Source: a virus (Duplodnaviria; Caudoviricetes). From it: DNA of 24,879 nt. Below the pieces are notes generated by a model, which had not been told where the DNA came from, searched no databases, and saw only the letters and a list, made by a program, of their open reading frames with translations. Location: positions 1 to 24,879 of IMG/VR virus record IMGVR_UViG_3300021086_000017; one strand, given 5' to 3'. Numbering within the stretch: the stretch's first letter is position 1; each line of letters begins with the position of its first letter. The translations under genes and the position numbers were made by a program. Shown here one piece after another: positions 15,329 to 23,334 of this stretch.

Positions 15329-15536
15329 CGTCCCTTCATATCAACATCTTCAAGGGACACCTCAGGCAGCCCACATGGGTAGTCAGAGTCATAACGGTTC
15401 AGATGGTGGCCCTGCTGGTAACTTAGGCATGGGTGGTGCTATGGAACATGATCCAGGTGGGGTAACCCCATCTAGGATTGGTAAAGGTTCTGCAGTTAAA
15501 TTAGAGAAGGGTGCCCCTCACGGCATGGATATGTAA
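15309..15536 (+). CDS. Gly-rich microprotein A (AHMGSQS motif)
   Basis: AAGGAG upstream; TAATG coupling downstream; shared motif. Confidence 0.75.
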   Translation: MDYAVHNVPSYQHLQGTPQAAHMGSQSHNGSDGGPAGNLGMGGAMEHDPGGVTPSRIGKGSAVKLEKGAPHGMDM

Positions 15537-15751
15537 TGGTTGAATACGGAGACCAGGGAAATGAGAGATATCCAAAATATGACCCTGATGTAGATTATAT
15601 TAGAGAATCTATTGTTGGTGAAAGACAAGATGCTGGTTTTGATAAACAAGTTCGTAGAGGATTAATACATCAAGCTTTTCCTTCTATTGGAAATAACAAA
15701 GCAGCTCACGAAGGTTCCCAATCTTCAGTACCTTCTAAGGAAAATCAATAA
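15536..15751 (+). CDS. Microprotein B (IHQAFP-x8-HEGSQS)
   Basis: TAATG coupling; shared motif. Confidence 0.75.
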   Translation: MVEYGDQGNERYPKYDPDVDYIRESIVGERQDAGFDKQVRRGLIHQAFPSIGNNKAAHEGSQSSVPSKENQ

Positions 15752-15934
15752 ATGTTAAAACATAAGACAAGGAAATCAATGATTCATCCTGCATTCCCAG
15801 GAGAAGGTACTGTACAACCTACCCACATGGGTAGTCAGTCTATGGTCCCTAATTCTCCTACTACACCAGAGATGATGGCTCCTCAGATGCCTAGTGATTT
15901 AAGTACACAAATGCAACAGAGTGGAGAATACTAA
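15752..15934 (+). CDS. Microprotein C (IHPAFP-x8-HMGSQS)
   Basis: AAGGA RBS; TAA-ATG junction; shared motif. Confidence 0.75.
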   Translation: MLKHKTRKSMIHPAFPGEGTVQPTHMGSQSMVPNSPTTPEMMAPQMPSDLSTQMQQSGEY

Positions 15935-16077
15935 TGCAGGAAGTATCAGCTCCTCACAGAACTACAAGAACTAACTTTATAGTAGTTCCTGAACATCGTC
16001 TTAGAGATGCTAAAGAGATCTTTGAGAAAGCAGTTCGTGAAGAAGGACTAAAAGTACATGTTCATCGAACGCAGTGA
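15934..16077 (+). CDS. 47-aa hypothetical (MQEVSAPHRTTRTNFIVVPEHRLRDAKEIFEKAVREEGLKVHVHRTQ), not in the ORF track
   Basis: Hand-translated; GGAG RBS, TAATG overlap. Confidence 0.65.
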   Translation: MQEVSAPHRTTRTNFIVVPEHRLRDAKEIFEKAVREEGLKVHVHRTQ

Positions 16078-16079
16078 GA
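16065..16079 (+). repeat. TCGAACG-C-AGTGAGA dispersed hairpin motif, copy 3
   Basis: See copy 1; flanks extend the stem (GTTCATC/GATGGAC). Confidence 0.85.
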
Positions 16080-16102
16080 TGGACCTATTAGAAAGATAAG
16101 TA

Positions 16103-16321
16103 ATGGTTGATAAAACATGGGAGGAGTTGAAAGCTAGTGGTGGAGGTTTGTTAATTCATCCCTCTTTTCCTGATCAAGATAGTGCAAGTCCTGCTCATGA
16201 AGGATCTAAATCAGCACCTCCATCAAAGGACTCTAATCAACCTGTAGACTTAAACAGAGGTAAATCAATTCTTCCCGGTCAACCTGGCTCAACACCTCCG
16301 GGATTTAAAGGATATCAATAA
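16103..16321 (+). CDS. Microprotein D (IHPSFP-x8-HEGSKS)
   Basis: Shared motif; TAATG coupling downstream. Confidence 0.75.
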   Translation: MVDKTWEELKASGGGLLIHPSFPDQDSASPAHEGSKSAPPSKDSNQPVDLNRGKSILPGQPGSTPPGFKGYQ

Positions 16322-16590
16322 TGACAATAATGTCTCCTAAAGATAGTTTAGGTAATCAACTATATTCTCAATCAGCACAAGGCATGGATCCTAAATATCC
16401 AGACCATGGACTGTCTAATGATCACATCATGGCTAAACGTAATGAGATTATAAACGTTCATAAACATCCAGTTAATAAACTTCCCAGACCTTCAGGCGGT
16501 GGCGAGGCACCTAATATTAAGCCGGCAAAGAAAGTCATCGATGACTCTAGCCACTTTGGAGACGGGAACAGAAAGCAACCTGTTAGATAA
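16321..16590 (+). CDS. Disordered hypothetical protein (89 aa)
   Basis: AAGGA RBS; TAATG coupling. Confidence 0.7.
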   Translation: MTIMSPKDSLGNQLYSQSAQGMDPKYPDHGLSNDHIMAKRNEIINVHKHPVNKLPRPSGGGEAPNIKPAKKVIDDSSHFGDGNRKQPVR

Positions 16591-16692
16591 ATGCATAAAG
16601 CAATAGCAGATTTCTTATTTGGACTATGTTTTGGCATGGGATTTGCCATTGCAACTAATGTCTTACATTTTCTAGGTCAGTTTATCAAGTAA
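16591..16692 (+). CDS. 33-aa hydrophobic membrane peptide (MHKAIADFLFGLCFGMGFAIATNVLHFLGQFIK), not in the ORF track
   Basis: Hand-translated; abuts the upstream stop and overlaps the downstream start (TAATG). Confidence 0.6.
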   Translation: MHKAIADFLFGLCFGMGFAIATNVLHFLGQFIK

Positions 16693-16856
16693 TGGCTGAT
16701 CTTAAGTATCCTAAGTTTGCAGTACGTTACACAGACGATCATGGTAGTTCTAATGAACAGTGTTCTAAATGTGAATATTACATTAAAAGAACTTGTGAGA
16801 TAGTAATGGGAACTATTAGCCCTAATGGTTGGTGTAACAAATTTAAAAGAGAGTAA
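16692..16856 (+). CDS. High-potential iron-sulfur protein (HiPIP)-like, 54 aa, no export signal; not in the ORF track
   Basis: MADLKYPKFAVRYTDDHGSSNEQCSKCEYYIKRTCEIVMGTISPNGWCNKFKRE: VxY, CxxC, C-x-IV-x-G-x-I-x-P-x-GWC-x-x-F is the HiPIP four-Cys signature. Confidence 0.85.
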   Translation: MADLKYPKFAVRYTDDHGSSNEQCSKCEYYIKRTCEIVMGTISPNGWCNKFKRE

Positions 16857-16861
16857 TAATT

Positions 16862-17023
16862 ATGGAATCACTTAAACACAAGATCGCGTCTCACGTAGGT
16901 TCAACAACCGAAGTAGCCATTCATTTTACAGCAGATGAAATGAAGCATCTTCACGACATGTTCTTTCCTCCGAAGATCGTGAAAGAGTCTAATGCCAGCC
17001 GGTTACCTCAAACTAAAACGTAA
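16862..17023 (+). CDS. 53-aa hypothetical (MESLKHKIASHVGSTTEVAIHFTADEMKHLHDMFFPPK...), not in the ORF track
   Basis: Hand-translated; follows the HiPIP stop by 5 nt. Confidence 0.55.
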   Translation: MESLKHKIASHVGSTTEVAIHFTADEMKHLHDMFFPPKIVKESNASRLPQTKT

Positions 17024-17105
17024 GTACGGCACAGTTAAAGCCGCTAAGATTTGGAATAGTAAAATGAAAGGTACTGGTAAGACAGTAGGAAAAGGAAGAG
17101 CATAA
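16992..17105 (+). CDS. 37-aa very basic peptide (MPAGYLKLKRKYGTVKAAKIWNSKMKGTGKTVGKGRA), not in the ORF track
   Basis: Hand-translated; TAATG coupling to the next gene. Confidence 0.6.
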   Translation: MPAGYLKLKRKYGTVKAAKIWNSKMKGTGKTVGKGRA

Positions 17106-17362
17106 TGGCAAATAGATTAGTTAGTACAGTAACAGCCGCTGCAAGCCAAGCAGTAGCAATAACACCTACAGATGGTGTTGATTTAACATCGAATACACGT
17201 GCTCTTTGGGTAGGTGGTGCTGGTACTTTAGCTGTTATTATGGCAGGTGATGGCAGTTCAGTGACATTCTCAGGTATTCCAGCAGGAACACTTCTTCCTA
17301 TTCAAGTTAGTAGAGTATCTGCAACAGGTACTTCAGCTACATTGATTGTAGGACTTAATTAA
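17105..17362 (+). CDS. Head-spike base protein, RcGTA Rcc01079 (GhsA)-like
   Basis: AVAITPTD..DL...TRALWVGGAG.LAV...VTF..IPAG.LLPI.V.RV.ATGT.AT.IVGL matches the family pattern as recalled. Confidence 0.8.
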   Translation: MANRLVSTVTAAASQAVAITPTDGVDLTSNTRALWVGGAGTLAVIMAGDGSSVTFSGIPAGTLLPIQVSRVSATGTSATLIVGLN

Positions 17363-17412
17363 TGTCTCGTAGACCTATTAAGATTTCTGTTGAGTTATCT
17401 TTAAGTTAGTTA

Positions 17413-17673
17413 ATGGAAGAATTTCTTAAAGTTAATCTAGGTAACATCTTGACTATATTAACTTTTATAGCAGGTGGTAGCTGGTTTATGTCCAATATTA
17501 GAACCTCAGTAGATGCACAATCTGGGAGGTTAGAGAATGTGGAAGAAGAAATTTATGAGTTAAGGAAAGTAGTAGTAGCTATGGCAAGACAAGAAGAGAG
17601 AATGACTGCCATGGACCAAAGAATGCTATTACAAGGCAAACGTATAGATAGAATGGAAAATGGGCCGACCTAA
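17413..17673 (+). CDS. Membrane-anchored coiled-coil protein (possibly lysis-related)
   Basis: N-terminal TM helix (LGNILTILTFIAGGSWFM) followed by a heptad-rich region. Confidence 0.65.
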   Translation: MEEFLKVNLGNILTILTFIAGGSWFMSNIRTSVDAQSGRLENVEEEIYELRKVVVAMARQEERMTAMDQRMLLQGKRIDRMENGPT

Positions 17674-19246
17674 GGGAGCTAAAAACAAACTTAAGCAGAC
17701 TGTTCTAGAACAACATAGAGATCAGATTAGACAGTCTTGTATATATTCCTTTGAAAAGTATATAGAGACAGTTCAACCTATGCGTTTACTAGGTAATATA
17801 CATAGAGAAACAATCTCTTGGTGGACTAGGCAAGATGCTAAAGATCATCAATTAACCCTTTTACCTAGAGATCATATGAAATCTAGTTTAATTACTTTAA
17901 GGGCTTCTTGGGAGGTTATAAAGAATCCGGCCATAAGAATCCTCTATATATCATCTACATCTAATCTTGCTACCAAAGCACTTAAATCTATTAAAGACAT
18001 ATTAACATCAGATGTTGTTAGATTATTATGGCCTGATTTAATACATAAAGAAGAAGCTAAGAGAGAAAAATGGACAGAACGTGAAATTTCAGTTGACCAC
18101 CCCAAAAGGAAAGCTGAGTACATTAGAGATCCAACTATCTTTACTGCCGGCCTTACTTCCAATATTGTTGGCCTTCACTGCGATATTGCTATTCTCGACG
18201 ACGTTGTTGTAGAGGGTAATGCTTATCAAGAAGAAGGTAGAGAAAAAGCAAAGAATCAGTATTCCCTACTGTCTTCTGTTGAAGGCGTAGGGGCTAAAGA
18301 ATGGGTAGTTGGTACTAGATATCACCCTAAAGATCTATATGCTGACTTAGTAGAAATGGAGATTGAAGAGTATGATGAATTGGGTAATAGAATCGCAGCC
18401 GAACCCTTATTTGAGGTTAAGGAACATGCTGTGGAATCCTTGGGAGATGGTACAGGTGAATTCCTCTGGCCCAGACAGCAACGCTCAGATGGTAGATGGT
18501 TCGGCTTCGACGTCAAGATCCTTGCCACGAAAAGAGCGCAATACCTTAACAAGACGCACTTCAGGGCACAATACTATAACGATCCGCACGATGTTGGATC
18601 ATCGCCGATTCAGAGAAGCCAATTCCAATACTACGGTCCGGAGCATCTCTACTGCCGTGACGGAAGATGGTTTTTTAAAAACAACCGTCTCAACGTTGTC
18701 GCCGCTGTCGACTTTGCCTTCAGTATCGGTAAAAGGTCAGACTCATCGTGTATTGTAGTAGTCGGTGCAGACGGATACAATCAATACTACATACTAGAAA
18801 TAGACAGATTTAAGACTGATAAGATATCAGAATACTATCGTAGAATACTTAAACTCTACGAAAAGTGGGGCTTCCGTAAGATCAGAGCAGAAGTCTCAGC
18901 AGCACAAATAGCCATTGTCAAAGACTTAAAAGAAAGTTACATAAGACCTAATGGGTTATCCCTGGCTGTTGAAGAATATCGCCCTAGTCGATGGGAAGGA
19001 AGCAAAGAAGAGCGTATTATGGCTGTCTTAGAGCCCAAGTACGCTAATAATCAAATATGGCATTATCCTAGTGGTAACTGTCAAGTATTAGAAGAAGAGC
19101 TTGTCTTCATGAACCCCCCTCATGATGACGTTAAAGATGCTCTGTCTTCTGCCATAGATTTCGCTGTACCTCCAATTAACTTTACTAAGTCAATTAGAGA
19201 TCAACAGGATTTCAAATTCCATTTAAAATTCGGAGGAGTTAATTGA
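17660..19246 (+). CDS. terL: Terminase large subunit
   Basis: Walker A variant LLPRDHMKS, Walker B IAILDDVV, VVGTRY coupling motif, nuclease VDFA and HDDVKDA; upstream of the portal. Confidence 0.93.
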   Translation: MGRPKGAKNKLKQTVLEQHRDQIRQSCIYSFEKYIETVQPMRLLGNIHRETISWWTRQDAKDHQLTLLPRDHMKSSLITLRASWEVIKNPAIRILYISSTSNLATKALKSIKDILTSDVVRLLWPDLIHKEEAKREKWTEREISVDHPKRKAEYIRDPTIFTAGLTSNIVGLHCDIAILDDVVVEGNAYQEEGREKAKNQYSLLSSVEGVGAKEWVVGTRYHPKDLYADLVEMEIEEYDELGNRIAAEPLFEVKEHAVESLGDGTGEFLWPRQQRSDGRWFGFDVKILATKRAQYLNKTHFRAQYYNDPHDVGSSPIQRSQFQYYGPEHLYCRDGRWFFKNNRLNVVAAVDFAFSIGKRSDSSCIVVVGADGYNQYYILEIDRFKTDKISEYYRRILKLYEKWGFRKIRAEVSAAQIAIVKDLKESYIRPNGLSLAVEEYRPSRWEGSKEERIMAVLEPKYANNQIWHYPSGNCQVLEEELVFMNPPHDDVKDALSSAIDFAVPPINFTKSIRDQQDFKFHLKFGGVN

Positions 19247-19398
19247 AATTAACCTCATTTGACAATGGTGTAACCATTGAAGTAGACAGAGAAAAGATTA
19301 CAGACTTAGGTCCACATGCAGACGGTGGATCATTCGTTAAAGTCAATGGATTTTTATATCATGTCTCTGAAAAGATAGAAGAAATACTTCCTAAATGA
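19243..19398 (+). CDS. 51-aa protein (MKLTSFDNGVTIEVDREKITDLGPHADGGSFVKVNGFLYHVSEKIEEILPK), FlbD/SwrD-like pattern; not in the ORF track
   Basis: GGAGGAG RBS + TTG overlapping the terL stop; stop overlaps the portal ATG. Confidence 0.65.
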   Translation: MKLTSFDNGVTIEVDREKITDLGPHADGGSFVKVNGFLYHVSEKIEEILPK

Positions 19399-21266
19399 CC
19401 GGTAGAGTAATGGAGCTGCACAATGTGTTGCAGCCCGATATGTTAGCTACAAGAATAACAGAACGTTGGATAGAGTGGGATACACTACGTCAGAACGCTA
19501 AAGTTGATTGGGAGGAAGTCAGAAGATATGTCTATGCTACGGATACGACTCAGACTACGAATGCTCAGTTGCCTTGGAAGAATAAGACGACTGTTCCGAA
19601 GCTTTGTCAAATAAGAGATAATCTATTTGCTAACTATACAGCTACTCTCTTTCCTAGCACTCAACGTAATAAATGGTTATACTGGCAGGCAGACGAGAAG
19701 AACAGTGCATCAGTAGACAAGAGAGATGCCATCCTTAACAGGATGCAGTGGATCATAAGTCAACGTTCATTCAAACAAGAACTATATAAATGCATCATGG
19801 ATTACATAGATACAGGTAATCCATTCGCTACTATAGAGTTTATGGATGAAAGAGTTGAACAATCCAACGGTATTAAAGTTGGTTATGTAGGCCCCGTTAT
19901 TAAACGTATCAATCCTTTAGATATTGTCTTCAATCCTACAGCAGAGAACTTTGAAAATTCTCCTAAGATAGTTAGATCAATCATATCTTTAGGTGAGTTA
20001 AGAGAATATCTACAACGTTTATCTAATGACGAGAATAGGAATGCTTATGAAGAACTCTACAACTATCTCCGCAATATTAGATTCCATGCCAGAACCTTCC
20101 AAGGTGACTGGCAGCAACGTGATCGCCTTTATGCGATGGACGGATTTACGTCCTATAGGTCCTATCTCTTGGCCGACTTTGTGGAGGTACTTACGTTCTT
20201 CGGTGATTGGTACGATCAAATAAATGACCATTTCGAAAAGAATAGAGTCATTACGTGCATTGACAGACATAAACTTATTGAGAATAGACCTGGATCGAGC
20301 TATTTTGCTAAACCTCCAATATATTCTGTCCCGTGGAGAAAAAGACAAGATAACCTCTGGGGACAAGGACCTCTCGCAAACCTTATAGGTATGCAGTACC
20401 GTATGGATCATGTAGAGAACATGAAGGCAGATGTCTTTGATCTTATTACATACCCAGTACAGAAAGTCAAAGGATTCGTCGAAGATTTCGTCTGGCGTCC
20501 TGGTGAAAAGATATTCATTGGAGATGAAGGCGATGTCGAGATGCACATTCCTCCTCATAACGTTCTTCAAGCTAACTTAGAAATACAGAATTTAGAACGA
20601 TTGATGGAAGAGATGGCTGGAGCGCCCCGCGAAGCAATGGGTTTCCGTACTCCGGGCGAGAAGACTAAATATGAAGTCCAACGTCTAGAGAATGCTTCCG
20701 CTAGAATCTATAACAACAAGATAACACAATTCGAAGAAGAGTTCTTAGAACCTCTTCTTAACGCTATGTTAGAACTTGATAGAAGAACAATGACTGGAGT
20801 TCAGACAATTCCTGTCTTTGATGATCAGTTTAAGATTACTACATATCAAGAACTAACAGTAGAAGATATAACAGGTGTAGGACGTATTAAACCCATAGCA
20901 GCACGTCATTTTGCTGAACAAGCAGATTTAGTTCAGAACATAACATCTCTTACAGGCTCTAATTTATGGCCTACTATACAGCCTCATTTCTCTGGAGTTA
21001 GATTAGCTCAGGTATTTGAGAAAGCATTAAACATAGAAGATTACAACATAGTCATGCCATTTGTAGCTCTCTCAGAACAAGCAGAAGCACAGAAGTTTAC
21101 CAATGCTTTAGAAGAACAAGTACATATGGCTAGTCAGACAGCTACAGGACAAGGGAGTGACTTTGACCTAAATGGACCTCCTACTACTCCTGAAGCAACT
21201 CCAATGAATTTGCATAGACAGCCTCCTGCCAATGCATCACCAGTAGGGACATTAGCTACTCAATGA
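19395..21266 (+). CDS. Portal protein
   Basis: 623 aa, between terL and scaffold/capsid; RINPLDIVFNP, WGQGP and AGAP..AMG.RTPGEKT motifs typical of podoviral portals. Confidence 0.9.
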   Translation: MTGRVMELHNVLQPDMLATRITERWIEWDTLRQNAKVDWEEVRRYVYATDTTQTTNAQLPWKNKTTVPKLCQIRDNLFANYTATLFPSTQRNKWLYWQADEKNSASVDKRDAILNRMQWIISQRSFKQELYKCIMDYIDTGNPFATIEFMDERVEQSNGIKVGYVGPVIKRINPLDIVFNPTAENFENSPKIVRSIISLGELREYLQRLSNDENRNAYEELYNYLRNIRFHARTFQGDWQQRDRLYAMDGFTSYRSYLLADFVEVLTFFGDWYDQINDHFEKNRVITCIDRHKLIENRPGSSYFAKPPIYSVPWRKRQDNLWGQGPLANLIGMQYRMDHVENMKADVFDLITYPVQKVKGFVEDFVWRPGEKIFIGDEGDVEMHIPPHNVLQANLEIQNLERLMEEMAGAPREAMGFRTPGEKTKYEVQRLENASARIYNNKITQFEEEFLEPLLNAMLELDRRTMTGVQTIPVFDDQFKITTYQELTVEDITGVGRIKPIAARHFAEQADLVQNITSLTGSNLWPTIQPHFSGVRLAQVFEKALNIEDYNIVMPFVALSEQAEAQKFTNALEEQVHMASQTATGQGSDFDLNGPPTTPEATPMNLHRQPPANASPVGTLATQ

Positions 21267-21397
21267 CACCAACACAAGATAGTATTTTAACAGAAATTGA
21301 ACAATCGTTTGGAAATATACGTAGATTGTTTAACGATATAGAACAAGAGTTTAATAGCATTAATGATGCATTGCAGAGATTGTTATCTCATTTATGA
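21263..21397 (+). CDS. 44-aa helical hypothetical, not in the ORF track
   Basis: Hand-translated; ATGA overlaps at both ends. Confidence 0.55.
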   Translation: MTPTQDSILTEIEQSFGNIRRLFNDIEQEFNSINDALQRLLSHL

Positions 21398-21537
21398 AGA
21401 CCAAAGCATTAGAGATAGCTCATAAATTAGTTAAAGGTGAAACTCTAACACATGAAGATAGAACGTTTTTAATTGCGTTTATATTCTTTGCTAATGAGTT
21501 TCAAGATTACATAAAGGAGACCAAGACCAGTGGATAG
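21394..21537 (+). CDS. 47-aa hypothetical, not in the ORF track
   Basis: Hand-translated; ATGA coupling; overlaps the scaffold start. Confidence 0.5.
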   Translation: MKTKALEIAHKLVKGETLTHEDRTFLIAFIFFANEFQDYIKETKTSG

Positions 21538-22306
21538 TCTATTAGAGACCACACAAGTAGACGATACGATAGATTACCTAGAGACTTTAGTAGGTGAGAA
21601 CAAAAAGTTCAGAGATGCTAAAGAATTAGCTAAAGGTAAATATATAGCGGATAATTACATCCAGACATTAGAATCTCAGATGGACCAGATCAGGAGAGAC
21701 TATTTAAAAGAAAAAGAACAGAACGTAGCTAGAGCAAAACTAGAAGATCTCTTAGACCGATTAGAGAAAAGACAGACTGCTCCTCCGACAGAACAACCAA
21801 TAGTGACGGAACAGAAGACTCCTAGCATAAAGAAAGAAGACATAGAATCTCTTGTGGATAACCGTATCCATGAACGTGAGACCACACGTAAACAGACAGA
21901 GAACTATAACTTCGTCAAACAGAAGCTAACTGAAAAGTATGGTCAAAACTATAATAATCAATTAGCTAATCATATGGCAGAACTAGATATTTCAGAAGAT
22001 TATCTTAATCAGACTGCACGTAACAATCCTAAAGTATTACTTAAGATGTTAGGTATCGAGGATGTCTCTCCTAATAGAGATCCATTCAGATCAGTCCCTA
22101 GAAACGTACAGAATACTACTACCTTCAAACCAAACGTAGAAGTTAGAAACTGGGATTATTACCAGAATATGAAAGATACGAATCCTAAGAAATACTACGA
22201 CCCCAAAACAAACGTTGAAATGCATCGAGACATGCTCTCCCTTGGAGATTCATTTGAGACAGACGATTTCAACAAATATGAAAAAGATTATAGAATTAAA
22301 TTCTAA
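21530..22306 (+). CDS. Capsid scaffolding protein
   Basis: Charged coiled-coil protein directly before the major capsid gene; AAGGAG RBS + GTG. Confidence 0.8.
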   Translation: MDSLLETTQVDDTIDYLETLVGENKKFRDAKELAKGKYIADNYIQTLESQMDQIRRDYLKEKEQNVARAKLEDLLDRLEKRQTAPPTEQPIVTEQKTPSIKKEDIESLVDNRIHERETTRKQTENYNFVKQKLTEKYGQNYNNQLANHMAELDISEDYLNQTARNNPKVLLKMLGIEDVSPNRDPFRSVPRNVQNTTTFKPNVEVRNWDYYQNMKDTNPKKYYDPKTNVEMHRDMLSLGDSFETDDFNKYEKDYRIKF

Positions 22307-22329
22307 ATCAATCTAAAGGAGACTTCTAA

Positions 22330-23322
22330 ATGGCAGGCTTTATGGATGCCAATACTCAGTTTCTTTTAAGAACTAACCTTTGGTCGAGACATATCAAAGA
22401 GTTACTCTTAGACGAATTGAATGCTATGAAGTTTGTCCGTATTATTTCCGACTTCCCAGATGGCGTAACCTTAAACATTCCGTCCATTGGTGAAGCAACA
22501 GTTGCAGACTTTACTGAAGGTCAAGCAGTTAAATATGATGCTATGGATACTGGTAACTTTACGTTCCAGTTCGATAAGTACAAGTATTCTGCTAATGCCA
22601 TTTCAGAGAAGTTCAAGAGGGATTCGTTCTATGCTGCCGATGTTATCGCTGCATTCGTTCCCCGTCAGCATCGTGCTCTCATGGAAGCTGTGGAAACCGA
22701 TATCTTCGCCAAGGCGAATGCAGGACAAACAGCAGCAAATACAAATATTATTAACTTAGCAGACCATCGTTTCGTTGGTACAGGTGCCGGTTCAGGCATT
22801 TCGTACCCAGACTTCGCTAGAGCACATTATGCCTTAACAAAGGCTAACGTTCCTCTAGTGAATCTGTGTGCGGTTGTTGATCCTTCCGTTGCATATACGA
22901 TTCAAACTCAGGCTAATCTTGTTAACCTCTTATCCCCCATGCCAATGTGGGAAGGCGTTATCAGAGATGGTGCGGTTACCGGATTCAAATTCCGGTTTAA
23001 TCTCTTTGGGTTTGACATTTATGTGTCTAACTATCTTCCCAATATAACTTCCGAAACCATCACTTCTGGTGGTGTAGCAGGCTCCGTAGGTACAGCTTTT
23101 TCCGCTGGCTCTGTTGGTGTCGCTAACTTCTTCTTCTCGGCAGCTCCAGGTGATACCCTTCCATGGGTTGGCGCATTCCGTCAGCTCCCAACTGTCTATT
23201 CTGAATTCAATAAGGATCTACAGCAAGAAGAGTACATCACCATTGCAGAATGGGGATTCAAGTTATATAGGCCGGAGAACCTGGTCACCATCCTCACGAA
23301 CGCAACTGTTGTTCCGAGCTAA
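22330..23322 (+). CDS. Major capsid protein
   Basis: 330 aa; AAGGAG RBS; LWS..IKE.L, DFPDG.TLNIPSIG, LFGFDIYVSN and WG.KLYRPENLV patterns of podoviral HK97-fold capsids. Confidence 0.9.
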   Translation: MAGFMDANTQFLLRTNLWSRHIKELLLDELNAMKFVRIISDFPDGVTLNIPSIGEATVADFTEGQAVKYDAMDTGNFTFQFDKYKYSANAISEKFKRDSFYAADVIAAFVPRQHRALMEAVETDIFAKANAGQTAANTNIINLADHRFVGTGAGSGISYPDFARAHYALTKANVPLVNLCAVVDPSVAYTIQTQANLVNLLSPMPMWEGVIRDGAVTGFKFRFNLFGFDIYVSNYLPNITSETITSGGVAGSVGTAFSAGSVGVANFFFSAAPGDTLPWVGAFRQLPTVYSEFNKDLQQEEYITIAEWGFKLYRPENLVTILTNATVVPS

Positions 23323-23334
23323 TGGAGGTTTAAC

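Noticed and set aside
15309-16321. Firm call as a RiPP biosynthetic cluster
   Set aside because: No radical SAM, YcaO, ATP-grasp, protease or transporter is visible in the window; retained only as one hypothesis.
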